Below are positions 1 through 8,439 of a stretch of 64,000 nucleotides of DNA, one piece after another. A program made the translations under genes and the position numbers. Position 1 is the first letter of the stretch, and each line of letters starts with the position of its first letter. The notes beneath the pieces are model-generated. The model saw only the letters and a list, made by a program, of their open reading frames with translations. It had not been told where the DNA came from and made no database searches. The DNA is taken from positions 64,001-128,000 of the IMG/VR virus record IMGVR_UViG_3300044692_000034; one strand, written 5' to 3'. This stretch comes from a virus.

Positions 1-12
1 TCGCAGAAACGA

Positions 13-168
13 CCGAGGGCCGTGCGGGCATGTGACGTAGACGAGGGATCTTCGCTGGTGCTCTGCCTCTTGAGCTACCCGGTCCTTATGAGACGCGAGG
101 CAGGATTCGAACCTGCAACCCCCAGCCTTGCCGGAGAACTCATCCACTTCGGCCCGCACGACCCTCGG
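13..168 (-). ncRNA. YrlA-like Y RNA (circularly permuted tRNA mimic with long terminal Ro60/Rsr-binding stem)
   Basis: On the minus strand the ends 5'-CCGAGGGTCGTGCGGGC and GCCCGCACGGCCCTCGG-3' form a terminal stem, with a GCCGAAG motif on the 5' strand. The T-arm GCAGG-TTCGAAT-CCTGC precedes the D-arm TAGCTCAAGAGGCAGAGC, and the two are joined by a closed acceptor-like hairpin. GCTGG/CCAGC replaces the anticodon stem. Confidence 0.8.
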
Positions 169-191
169 CTCGTGTGGCGCAGAGAGACGAA

Positions 192-267
192 CGTATGCGG
201 CGGGCATGTGATTCGCCAAGGGGTGTCGTAGGAAGATAACCCTCGGCTGTCGGCCCGCCGCGCTACG
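192..267 (-). ncRNA. second, short Y-RNA-like hairpin (no tRNA-like domain)
   Basis: It shares the stem motifs GCGGGCCGA...TCACATGCCCGC with the 13-168 RNA and has an internal GCCGAGGG/CCCTTGGC stem. Confidence 0.6.
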
Positions 268-284
268 CAGCGTACACCACTAGC

Positions 285-1271
285 TCAGCCAACACCATAC
301 GTCATGAAGAAATGGCCGGGATAGTAATCGACGGTGCCGTAATCGATCGGGGGTGAGCCGTGCCCGATCGTCTTGCCACCGCCGACGTATATCTCCACAT
401 GGCCGCCGTCCGCCGAGAACATTAGATCTCCCGGCTGCGGGTGCGTCGCGAGCGTGCCCTTCGATATCTGATCGAGCGTGTCGGTCCCGGGGTCTGGCGC
501 GCCCGCCGCAAGGTAGATGGCCCTCGCCCACTGTGAACAATCTGTGCGGTCCGGTGCCGGCGGCATCGGGTTGTCAGTGAGCGCGCCTTCTTCGCTGTAC
601 CGGTTGTATCCCGTCTTCGTTGAGAGCGTCGCTTCGGCTGCGCTGATGATCTTGGCGCGGACGCCGGCGAGGTCGCCTACGGCTGCGGCTGCGCCACGGT
701 ACAGCGCAGCTTTCTCTTCGACTTCACTGACGTACCATTCGGCGTTGTTGTACGCAAGGATCGCCCGGTGGTAGTCCTGCGGCGCGCCGTTCGCCACGAG
801 CATCCTGGCTGTGGCAGGCACCGCGTCTTTCGGATCGTAGACGTCGCCGCCCTGCCCGTACGCGTCCCACGTACTCGGCGGCCCGTTCTTGATGTTGAAC
901 TGGCCGGGACCGGCGCAGCATCCGTACGCGTTGACGCCCGAGTGCACACCCGGTGCCGTACTCCGCCCATGGTCTGTTTCGATGCTGTAGATGCCGGCGA
1001 TGATCGCCCAGTCGATGTGGTACTCGTCACCTGCCTGCCTGTACAGCGTCAGCATGTCCGGTGGGATGTCAGCTACTGCGACGGTGCTCGGCGCGTACCC
1101 AACCTGACCACCGCCAAGGCCACCGACGAGCATGCCAGCAACGGCCATCAGGAAGACGTAGACCGTGGCGCAGAGCACGAACCCGGCGAGCAGAGCCTTG
1201 CTAACGAGGCTCGTGTCATCCCAGCGTTGCCGTGCCGCCCGAGCAGCGACGGTGACTTCCATGGACGCCAT
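285..1271 (-). CDS. CwlT/VirB1-like conjugative cell-wall hydrolase (TM + lytic transglycosylase + NlpC/P60)
   Basis: N-terminal TM; SLT motifs IYSIETDHG, AGPGQF, AILAYNNA; NlpC/P60 motifs DCSQW, PGDLMF, HVEIYVGGG. Confidence 0.85.
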   Translation of the reverse strand: MASMEVTVAARAARQRWDDTSLVSKALLAGFVLCATVYVFLMAVAGMLVGGLGGGQVGYAPSTVAVADIPPDMLTLYRQAGDEYHIDWAIIAGIYSIETDHGRSTAPGVHSGVNAYGCCAGPGQFNIKNGPPSTWDAYGQGGDVYDPKDAVPATARMLVANGAPQDYHRAILAYNNAEWYVSEVEEKAALYRGAAAAVGDLAGVRAKIISAAEATLSTKTGYNRYSEEGALTDNPMPPAPDRTDCSQWARAIYLAAGAPDPGTDTLDQISKGTLATHPQPGDLMFSADGGHVEIYVGGGKTIGHGSPPIDYGTVDYYPGHFFMTYGVG

Positions 1272-1786
1272 CAGCTAAGCCCCGTGACCATCCAGCGGCC
1301 GTGCTTCTCCAAGGTGAGCTTCACAACGTAGTGGCGGTCGTGAGAGTCGAGTACCCATGCGCTCGTCGCCGCTTCGTTCTGCGTGATGTTCTTCACCTGC
1401 ACGAGCAACACCTTTGCCGTCGTTCTCCCCATGCTCGCGGGGGCTCGCGGCGGGTCAGCGAGCAACTGAGCCTTGAACTCAGGCGCGGCGTCGTTTAGGT
1501 CGCCTGGCGCGTTGCCGTACGAGAACGGCAGGTATTCCTTCAAGAACTGGCGCGTTGTATGGCGCGCTCCGGTGGAGTCCGGGTGCACAGGCAAGCCAGA
1601 CAACGTACCCGGAACCGGTGTCCTGACTGGGTCTGGCGGCTTCTCCGGGGCCGGCGTACGTGTCGGCTTCGGGGGCTGCGTCGGGTGCTGCCCGACAGGG
1701 TTCTGCGCGAGGTACCAAGCGAGCAGAGCAACGGCTACCGAGCAGAGCGCGACAGCCGCCGCTTTAGCTCTCGTCGACATTCTCAT
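1271..1786 (-). CDS. bitopic membrane protein of the conjugation operon (Pro-rich linker, possible NTF2-like domain)
   Basis: N-terminal TM and Pro-rich linker; TGATG-coupled to the downstream hydrolase. Confidence 0.6.
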   Translation of the reverse strand: MRMSTRAKAAAVALCSVAVALLAWYLAQNPVGQHPTQPPKPTRTPAPEKPPDPVRTPVPGTLSGLPVHPDSTGARHTTRQFLKEYLPFSYGNAPGDLNDAAPEFKAQLLADPPRAPASMGRTTAKVLLVQVKNITQNEAATSAWVLDSHDRHYVVKLTLEKHGRWMVTGLS

Positions 1787-3854
1787 CCTCTTCGACGTCC
1801 GTGTCGTCGTCTAGGCGGTCGTCTTGCTCCGTGTGCGTGCTCTCGACAAGCACACGCTTCTTTCTCTTGCTGCGACGCAACCTCCCTACTGCCTCGTCGT
1901 GAAGCTCGCGCGGGGTGCGACCCTCCTTCTGCGCGCCGCCCTCTCTCGTGTCGGCAGGTGTCGGGTCGTCTGGTGCCGTCCCGTCCGTAGCGGTAGCGGA
2001 CCCGCCTTGCGGCACACCCCTCTTGTTCGGATCGTGCTCCGTGCCGACGAGAGCCCACGCCACCCGGTGATTGCCCTTCTCGCCGTTCCCGCCCCCGTCG
2101 TTCAGGGCGGCTAGTTCTTCTTCGGTTGCGTACCGGTACTCGCGCTGACCGCGCTTGCCGCCGGCTCGCTTCCCGCGCCGCACACCGCCCGCTGTGTTAC
2201 GCCCCGGCTTGCTTGCGTCGCCCGGCTCCTCCGGCCAGCGCGGATCGGTGGTCCGCGTCGTCGAGCCACTGTCGAGGACGGCGTCGTCGTCCTCTGTGAT
2301 GTCGTCGTTGTTGCGCTTGCCGGCGTTAGGACCAGCGTCTGTCCCGTTGCCGCGCTGCGTACGGGAGCTGCGGAGCATGGACCGCACCGGGCGCATGGCT
2401 GCGTACATACCTGCGGCCGTGATAGCTGCGCTGCCCGTGCCGAGCCCGGCTGAGCGCCCGTGCGCGGCCTTGGCCAGCTCGTTGACGATGAGCTTGCGTT
2501 TGAGGTACACCGTCCAGAAAAACAACGTCTGGATGATGAACGCGACCTCGAAGCCGGCCCACTGTGTGGAGACGAGCAGAGCGGCGCTGACCCCCATGAG
2601 CACCGCTATGACGATCGCGTAAAAGATCTTGATGAATAGTGCGGTGGCGAGCCGCGTCGCCCACCATTTGACGAGGTCGATGCCGCGCGGGAAGATGCCG
2701 GCGACGAGCACTATGGGAGCGAGCCCGAAGAGCGCGAGCGCGACCACCTGCGCGATTATCACGGTCACAGAGAGACGGCCGAACAGGAGCATGAGAGCGA
2801 TCGCTCCCAGCCCAACAAGGAAGACGACCCTGACTCGTGAGAGCGCGCCGCCGGCTTGCTGGATGTCTACGGCTGCGCTGTCGTTCTTGTCGATCTTGCG
2901 TCCACGGAACTGCGCCGCGTACTTCGGGTCGTCTGGGACCTCTCCGCGTCTGAGTGCGTCGTACTCCTCGTCTCGTGCGTCCGTGCCGGGCGCTTGCCTC
3001 AGGAAGAACTTGGCGTAGCCGCCGTACCCGTTTGTGTCCTGCGTCGTGCTGCTGCGGCACACGTCAGCGAACGGGTTGCCTGGCGCCACCGACAGTGGGT
3101 AGCTGTCGTCTTGCGGCGAGGGTAGGTGCGTGTCGACGCAGTGCTCAAGGCCGCCGAACTCCAGGACGACCCACGGCTTGTAGATCATGATGTCGAACAC
3201 GTGGTCCGTGATGGACGTGCTCGGGTCGTCCCCCTTCTTGCCCACCGCACCGAATCCGTTCAGGAAGCTCGTGCTCACACCGTTAGCGAACTTGACCGCA
3301 CCACCGATGATGTATGTGGGGTTTGAGATGATGACGATGCACGCGACAGTGCATGCCAGCGACAGCGCGAACGCTGCGAAGACCTCGCCGGCTCTGCGTT
3401 GCACGAGCGCTCGCCACATGCCCCACACGCCCGCGCAGATGACCGCGAAGTACAGCCACCCTTGTGCGACGACCTGGCCCTCAAACTGTTGGACAGCTGC
3501 GGCGATAGCAGGCAACGCGCCATGCGGCCCCGTGATCAGCTGGAGATTGAACGCCCACGTGAAGACCTCGATGATCAGATTGAGGCCGTTGCAGATGAGG
3601 TCCCAGCCTTGCTGCGCGAACGATTGCCGCAGCTCCGGCACGATGCCGCCCGGGTTCGTGACACCGAAGTCGACGTGGTAGTCGAGGCCGTAGTTGCTGA
3701 GCGGGTACCTTGCCGCGAGCCCTTGCAGCCCTTGCGTCGGCCCGATGTTGACAAACGGGTCGCTGCCGAGGTATTCGGCGAATGCGCTCGCCGGCCCGAG
3801 TAGGTAGATCCCGAGCAGCCACGCTGCGACCTTGCCGGCTCTGCGTTTGATCAC
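1764..3854 (-). CDS. VirB6/TcpH/ConG-like polytopic membrane channel protein
   Basis: Many TM helices, a central extracytoplasmic loop (KPWVVLEFG) and a hydrophilic C-terminal tail. The GTG start at 3854 overlaps the VirB4 stop (GTGA). Confidence 0.8.
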   Translation of the reverse strand: MIKRRAGKVAAWLLGIYLLGPASAFAEYLGSDPFVNIGPTQGLQGLAARYPLSNYGLDYHVDFGVTNPGGIVPELRQSFAQQGWDLICNGLNLIIEVFTWAFNLQLITGPHGALPAIAAAVQQFEGQVVAQGWLYFAVICAGVWGMWRALVQRRAGEVFAAFALSLACTVACIVIISNPTYIIGGAVKFANGVSTSFLNGFGAVGKKGDDPSTSITDHVFDIMIYKPWVVLEFGGLEHCVDTHLPSPQDDSYPLSVAPGNPFADVCRSSTTQDTNGYGGYAKFFLRQAPGTDARDEEYDALRRGEVPDDPKYAAQFRGRKIDKNDSAAVDIQQAGGALSRVRVVFLVGLGAIALMLLFGRLSVTVIIAQVVALALFGLAPIVLVAGIFPRGIDLVKWWATRLATALFIKIFYAIVIAVLMGVSAALLVSTQWAGFEVAFIIQTLFFWTVYLKRKLIVNELAKAAHGRSAGLGTGSAAITAAGMYAAMRPVRSMLRSSRTQRGNGTDAGPNAGKRNNDDITEDDDAVLDSGSTTRTTDPRWPEEPGDASKPGRNTAGGVRRGKRAGGKRGQREYRYATEEELAALNDGGGNGEKGNHRVAWALVGTEHDPNKRGVPQGGSATATDGTAPDDPTPADTREGGAQKEGRTPRELHDEAVGRLRRSKRKKRVLVESTHTEQDDRLDDDTDVEEDENVDES

Positions 3855-6298
3855 GTCGCCATCTGCCTTGCGCGTTCGGCGGGGTTGGTGTTGAGCTGCC
3901 GCAGGAGGCGCGGGCTGGAGACGTCGATCTGAGCGCGAACCACGTGCCCCCAGATGTCCTTCACGAAGCACTTGCCTTCTCGTGCTTCGACGATCATTTG
4001 CGCCAGCTCGTCGTTGTCGGGGTCGAGGTTGAGTAGCGCGAGCGCGTCGCGTGCCTCCTCCAGCGTCTCCATCCCGAAGATGTAGAACGTGCCGATGAGT
4101 TTGACGATCTCACCCGGGTCGGCGATGTGCTGCGACGCGATGAGAGACGTAGCGAACTTCGCGCGGCCTTGCCTGACAATGTCCCAGATGAGCCGGCGGC
4201 CACTCGGCGTGGCAAGCAGGAAGTGAGCCTCGTCGAGCAGCAGCGTCTTGTGGATCGTGCGGTCATTGTTGATGAGCCGCATGGCGAAGTATGCGATGAG
4301 CCTGAGGGTCGCAACGCTCAGCCGTTCGATCTCGTCGTAGTCGGCGCGACTGACCATGCTGTCCGGGAGCACGAGCGCGCTCGGCCGGATCACCGTGACC
4401 TGCGCACGGTCAATGAACTGGCGTTCGCCGTTGGAGAACGCGAGCCGGGCGAGCCCTGCCGCTGCGCGTGTGCCGAGCGCATCGCCGGCGGCGTTGGCGT
4501 CCTCTCCTGCCGACGTCCTCATGAGCAGGTCGATAACGGCTTGCGCACATGGCTTCTCCATCTCGGCGACGACCTGCGCTGCCTTACGCACCTGCGTACC
4601 CCACGTCGACGGCACGTTCGTCGGTAGCAGCTCCATGAAATACGAATAGGCGCCGTCAACGACCTGCGACCTCGGCAGGACCAGAAATGGATCGAGGAGC
4701 CCAGCGTACATCACCGGGTCGTCCAGATCTACGACTTCCACACGGCCCTTGAGTTCGTCAACCTCCTCCAAGTGGTGGTCGGGCTTCGGGTCGACGTCAA
4801 CGATCTGGCCGCCGGAGAGCGCGTCCCCCACCGCCATCAGCTCCGCCGCCGTGGTCTTACCAGACCCCTGCGTACCGGCGAGCAAGTACGCGCTCGCGCG
4901 GTTCTCCTCGGGGGCGCGGCGCAGGTCGTTGAACAGTGGCCGCTCGTGCCCGTGTTTCGGGCTACGTCGGTCGACGTACCCGATGTACGTGCCGCTCCGC
5001 GAGCCGAGATCGTGCGTGGCAATAGGCATGAGCGTCGCGAATTGCAGCGGCGTGAGCCAATCGCGGTAGTGCGTGACTCGGCCGCCGTCGACGCGTGGCA
5101 GGTGGTCGTAGAACGCCCGCTTTTGCGTCCCGACGGGCAGCCACAACTTCACGGTGCCGAACAAAGCCCGCAGCTCCGAGATCTTCGCTTTGACCTCGTT
5201 TGTGGTCTTGCACCCGCCGATAGCGAACGACACGCTCGTGCGGAGCAGCGGCGGTTGGTCACTGCGCCGGAGCCGCATGTCAAGCCGGCGAGCCTGCCGC
5301 GCGTCGTCCTCGGACGCCCATGACTTCGCGCCGGCTGCGCTCTCGTCCTCATCGCTGAGAACGTTGTCGGCATCGCGGACCTTGCGCTGCACCCTCGAGA
5401 TGGCCTGAGAGTTCGCCTCCCACTCCACATGCATGACCATGTCAACCGGGAAGCTCGCACGCTCCAACGGCGTGAACAAGAACTCCGACTCGCCGGGGAA
5501 GATCGTCTCGTCGGGGAGCGCACCGAGGTACAGGATCGCTTGCCACAGGACGCCCTCTTCGGTGCGTGCCTGGAGGAACCCCTCGGCGTTGCGGATCGGC
5601 TCGTTCCCGAGCGAGAGCATGTCCGTCCCGAGCGGCACGTAGGCGTCATGCCCGTCGTCGGTTTCGACGACCAGGGCGTTCGGCTCCCAGTAATCGTCGA
5701 GTGGTGGCTCGCCGTGCCCGCGATACGCGGCCCGCCGGAAAAGCCATTGCAGCTCTCGGGTGGTGGCACGCCGCGCCGGCAGCCGGTCCGTCACCGTGGC
5801 GTGCATTTCTTCTTCGGCCTCGATAAGACCGTTGATCTCGGCCTTGCTGATCGGGCGGAGCTTGCCGACACCAAGCGCGTCCTCGGCCGTCGCCCGGACG
5901 CGTTCCATGTCGCGGCCGAGCGCCACACCGAACCCGTCGGTTGCTTCGGTCACGATCCTCGGGATGAGGTAGAACTCAGGGAAGTACGCCTTGCGGCCGT
6001 TGATCTTGTCCTTGTGCTGCTCGACGAACTGGCGGAGCAGCTTCTCAGTCTTGTACCGGTTGTCGAGGTTCCGTAGTGCCTGCTGGACGTACGCCTCGAC
6101 CTCGTACTCGCGGTTGACGCGGTACAAGGAGTAGTCGGCCTTGACGTCGTGCGTGAACAACTGGAGCCGCGACGCCCACGAACCCTTGTCGCGAAGGTAC
6201 GGGTAGCTGATCGGGTTGACGCGGTAGATAGCGCCGCGCTCAGCGCCGCGACCGACAAGGATGTTGCCGTGCGCGTATCGCAACGGGAACTTGTTCAC
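3851..6298 (-). CDS. virB4: VirB4-family conjugation ATPase (TcpF/ConE, AAA_10-like)
   Basis: 815 aa; Walker A GTQGSGKT, DVDPK, Walker B LLLDEAH, RQGRAK..SQ; gene context. Confidence 0.9.
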   Translation of the reverse strand: MNKFPLRYAHGNILVGRGAERGAIYRVNPISYPYLRDKGSWASRLQLFTHDVKADYSLYRVNREYEVEAYVQQALRNLDNRYKTEKLLRQFVEQHKDKINGRKAYFPEFYLIPRIVTEATDGFGVALGRDMERVRATAEDALGVGKLRPISKAEINGLIEAEEEMHATVTDRLPARRATTRELQWLFRRAAYRGHGEPPLDDYWEPNALVVETDDGHDAYVPLGTDMLSLGNEPIRNAEGFLQARTEEGVLWQAILYLGALPDETIFPGESEFLFTPLERASFPVDMVMHVEWEANSQAISRVQRKVRDADNVLSDEDESAAGAKSWASEDDARQARRLDMRLRRSDQPPLLRTSVSFAIGGCKTTNEVKAKISELRALFGTVKLWLPVGTQKRAFYDHLPRVDGGRVTHYRDWLTPLQFATLMPIATHDLGSRSGTYIGYVDRRSPKHGHERPLFNDLRRAPEENRASAYLLAGTQGSGKTTAAELMAVGDALSGGQIVDVDPKPDHHLEEVDELKGRVEVVDLDDPVMYAGLLDPFLVLPRSQVVDGAYSYFMELLPTNVPSTWGTQVRKAAQVVAEMEKPCAQAVIDLLMRTSAGEDANAAGDALGTRAAAGLARLAFSNGERQFIDRAQVTVIRPSALVLPDSMVSRADYDEIERLSVATLRLIAYFAMRLINNDRTIHKTLLLDEAHFLLATPSGRRLIWDIVRQGRAKFATSLIASQHIADPGEIVKLIGTFYIFGMETLEEARDALALLNLDPDNDELAQMIVEAREGKCFVKDIWGHVVRAQIDVSSPRLLRQLNTNPAERARQMAT

Positions 6299-6855
6299 GC
6301 ATACACCTCCAGCCGCTCACCGTCTTTGACGTCAACTTCTTGTAGCTCGCCGGCTGCGTCTGCTCGCAGCGTCACACGAGTGTTCTTCATTGCGACCCTG
6401 ACGGGGGCGTTGGTCCTGACCTTGGCGGGGCCGTGTACTCGGCCACGGCGCAGCTCAGCACCCGAGATGTCCCACCGCACCGGCAAATCCTCCTGCCACT
6501 CCTCCCACGTCTCTTCCTCCTCGGGATTGTCGCGTAGGGCCTGGACGGTGCGCGCCCAGAGGTAGATGTGGATGGACCGGCCGTCGGGCGCTTCCTGGCG
6601 TGCCGCAAACGCCACGATGACAGCCAACGACCCGTATCTGAACCACCCGGGCATGAGCCCCATGACGAGCCCCGTACCCGGCGTGTGCGACAGCAGGTAC
6701 ACCACGAGAACCGTTCCGAACACCCAGGCTGCGGTCTGCGCCGGGATGCCGCCGGGGACCATCTTTGTGAGGTCGAAGTCCCATACGCGCCGGATGCGCC
6801 AATCGGTCCTGAAGACGCGTCTGTACGAGACGACGCGTATGCGCCGTTGCTTCAC
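6295..6855 (-). CDS. TcpE/ConD (VirB3-like) membrane protein
   Basis: SYRRVF..WRI N-terminus, two TMs and a PDGR motif; sits just upstream of virB4. The GTG start overlaps the upstream stop. Confidence 0.8.
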   Translation of the reverse strand: MKQRRIRVVSYRRVFRTDWRIRRVWDFDLTKMVPGGIPAQTAAWVFGTVLVVYLLSHTPGTGLVMGLMPGWFRYGSLAVIVAFAARQEAPDGRSIHIYLWARTVQALRDNPEEEETWEEWQEDLPVRWDISGAELRRGRVHGPAKVRTNAPVRVAMKNTRVTLRADAAGELQEVDVKDGERLEVYA

Positions 6856-7193
6856 GAGGTGCCGGCGATCTTGTGCCCGATCGCGGTGACCATGTTGACG
6901 ATGCTGCCGCCGTCGAACACGAACATGCCCGTGATGATCACGGCCGCGATGTAGCTGATGATGATCCCGAGCTTGCGTGCGCCGGGAAACAGGAACGCGA
7001 GTGCACCTGCGGCGACTGCCGCCTTCCACGGGGTCTTGACGTTGTCGAGGACCCAGTTGCCGGCGTTCTCACCGTAGTTCGCGTTGTCGGTTGGGTCGGC
7101 GAGCACGATGGCGGGACCGAGCGCTGCGACCATTGCCATCGCCATGAGCAGCAAGAACACGCGCCGCCCCATACGAGTCACTTGCTGCATCAC
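6852..7193 (-). CDS. TcpD/ConC or VirB2-pilin-like small membrane protein
   Basis: Signal-like N-terminus plus two hydrophobic helices; lies between tcpC and tcpE. Confidence 0.65.
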   Translation of the reverse strand: MMQQVTRMGRRVFLLLMAMAMVAALGPAIVLADPTDNANYGENAGNWVLDNVKTPWKAAVAAGALAFLFPGARKLGIIISYIAAVIITGMFVFDGGSIVNMVTAIGHKIAGTS

Positions 7194-8050
7194 TTATCTC
7201 CTTCGTTCACTTTGGCTACGTACCAGCGGTCGCCCTTGACCAGCACGAGCCGATACCCGAGCGAGTACGACGCATCGTCCTCTTTTGCTGTCACCGTCGC
7301 GTACACCTGCCGCTCTCGTCCCTTCGCCGGCGCGAGCAGCCCGACACTGTTCACCTGGACGAGCTTCATCACGACAGGGCTCGCGCCGAGCTGCGCACCC
7401 GGGAGCGCCGGGCCGGCAGAGACGGCGTCTGCGTCGCCGGCAAGGTACGCCGTGAAGAACCTGTTGACGACGTCGAGTATGTCGCTCGACTCGTCGGGGC
7501 TGAGCTGGTCGAGGTCGTCGTTGTTGGGGGTGGCAACGAGCGGCGCGCTTGTCAGGCTCGGCAGCGCGTACACGACCAGCCCGTGGTTCTTGTCCGTCTC
7601 TACGGGCACGCCGAGGTATCTCGTCACAGCACGCCCGTTAGCCTGCATGGTCACAGCGACTGTGATGAGTGCGCGCTGCGACCCGGTCGTCGTCTCGTCA
7701 GACACGGCCGTGGCTTGCACGACCTGCGCCGGGGCCTTCTCGCCCCAGGTGGGGACCACGCGAGCACCAAGATTCGTCGAGACGAACGACTCAAGGTCCT
7801 GCTCGTAGAACCCGGGGTGCTTCGGATTGTACGAGAAGTACGTTCGCGCGAAGTCCATGGCGTACGCGCGAGCTGCATCGTCAGGCCACTGCGAACGCTG
7901 TTCTACGACCTTCGTTGGTCCTGCCGGCTTCGTCGGCGTTGTCGCAATAGCCGTGAGCCCCCGGAGCGCGATGATCACCAGGACGAAAGCGACCAGTCCT
8001 CGGCCTGCCTTCTTGGCGTACCCCTTGAGCTTCGTGCGCGTTGCCGCCAT
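7190..8050 (-). CDS. TcpC/ConB (VirB8-like) conjugation protein
   Basis: N-terminal TM and two NTF2-like halves (AMDFARTYFSY; VNRFFTAYLAGD; YSLGYRLVLVKGDRWYV). Confidence 0.85.
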   Translation of the reverse strand: MAATRTKLKGYAKKAGRGLVAFVLVIIALRGLTAIATTPTKPAGPTKVVEQRSQWPDDAARAYAMDFARTYFSYNPKHPGFYEQDLESFVSTNLGARVVPTWGEKAPAQVVQATAVSDETTTGSQRALITVAVTMQANGRAVTRYLGVPVETDKNHGLVVYALPSLTSAPLVATPNNDDLDQLSPDESSDILDVVNRFFTAYLAGDADAVSAGPALPGAQLGASPVVMKLVQVNSVGLLAPAKGRERQVYATVTAKEDDASYSLGYRLVLVKGDRWYVAKVNEGDK

Positions 8051-8156
8051 CCAATCCTCTCCGTGTTGGTGGCCGCTACATGATGCGGCGTTCGTTCGGT
8101 GAGGTGATGGTAGCCGGTCTGTCTAAGCCGCGACCATCATGAAACGGTGCGCATGC

Positions 8157-8420
8157 TTACATCGGCGGGATGGGTGGGCTGCTAGGCGGCCCAAGCGACT
8201 GTGACGCTTGCCACTGCCGCGCACGTTCCTCTGAGACGACACCGTGCCCCTTGCAGAAGTGACACATGATCGTATAGCGGCGGCCGGTGCCCGGCTCCTC
8301 CCTGCGCTCCACACCACCCTCACAGCATGGGCGCGGGCACTTGACGGACCCGCTCCCCAGCAATGCCGCCAAGTACCCGCCGGGCACGATACCGACGTTC
8401 TCGCTCATGCCCATCGCCAT
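8157..8420 (-). CDS. small zinc-finger hypothetical protein
   Basis: CPRPCC and CHFCKGHG motifs. Confidence 0.5.
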   Translation of the reverse strand: MAMGMSENVGIVPGGYLAALLGSGSVKCPRPCCEGGVERREEPGTGRRYTIMCHFCKGHGVVSEERARQWQASQSLGPPSSPPIPPM

Positions 8421-8439
8421 GCTGTGACCTACCTCTCGG

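Larger units (their letters stand above)
285..8050 (-). mobile_element. Gram-positive type IV secretion / mating-pair formation operon (MPF_FA, ICEBs1/Tn916/pCW3-like) embedded in a phage genome
   Basis: Seven co-oriented genes with overlapping stop/start codons, in the order TcpC, TcpD/pilin, TcpE, VirB4, VirB6, bitopic protein, SLT+NlpC/P60. Confidence 0.85.

Noticed and set aside
58-125. Conventional tRNA gene or attP/attB half-site suggested by GGTTCGAATCC and TAGCTCA
   Set aside because: The arms are in permuted order, with no anticodon loop or free acceptor end. A Y RNA explains this better.
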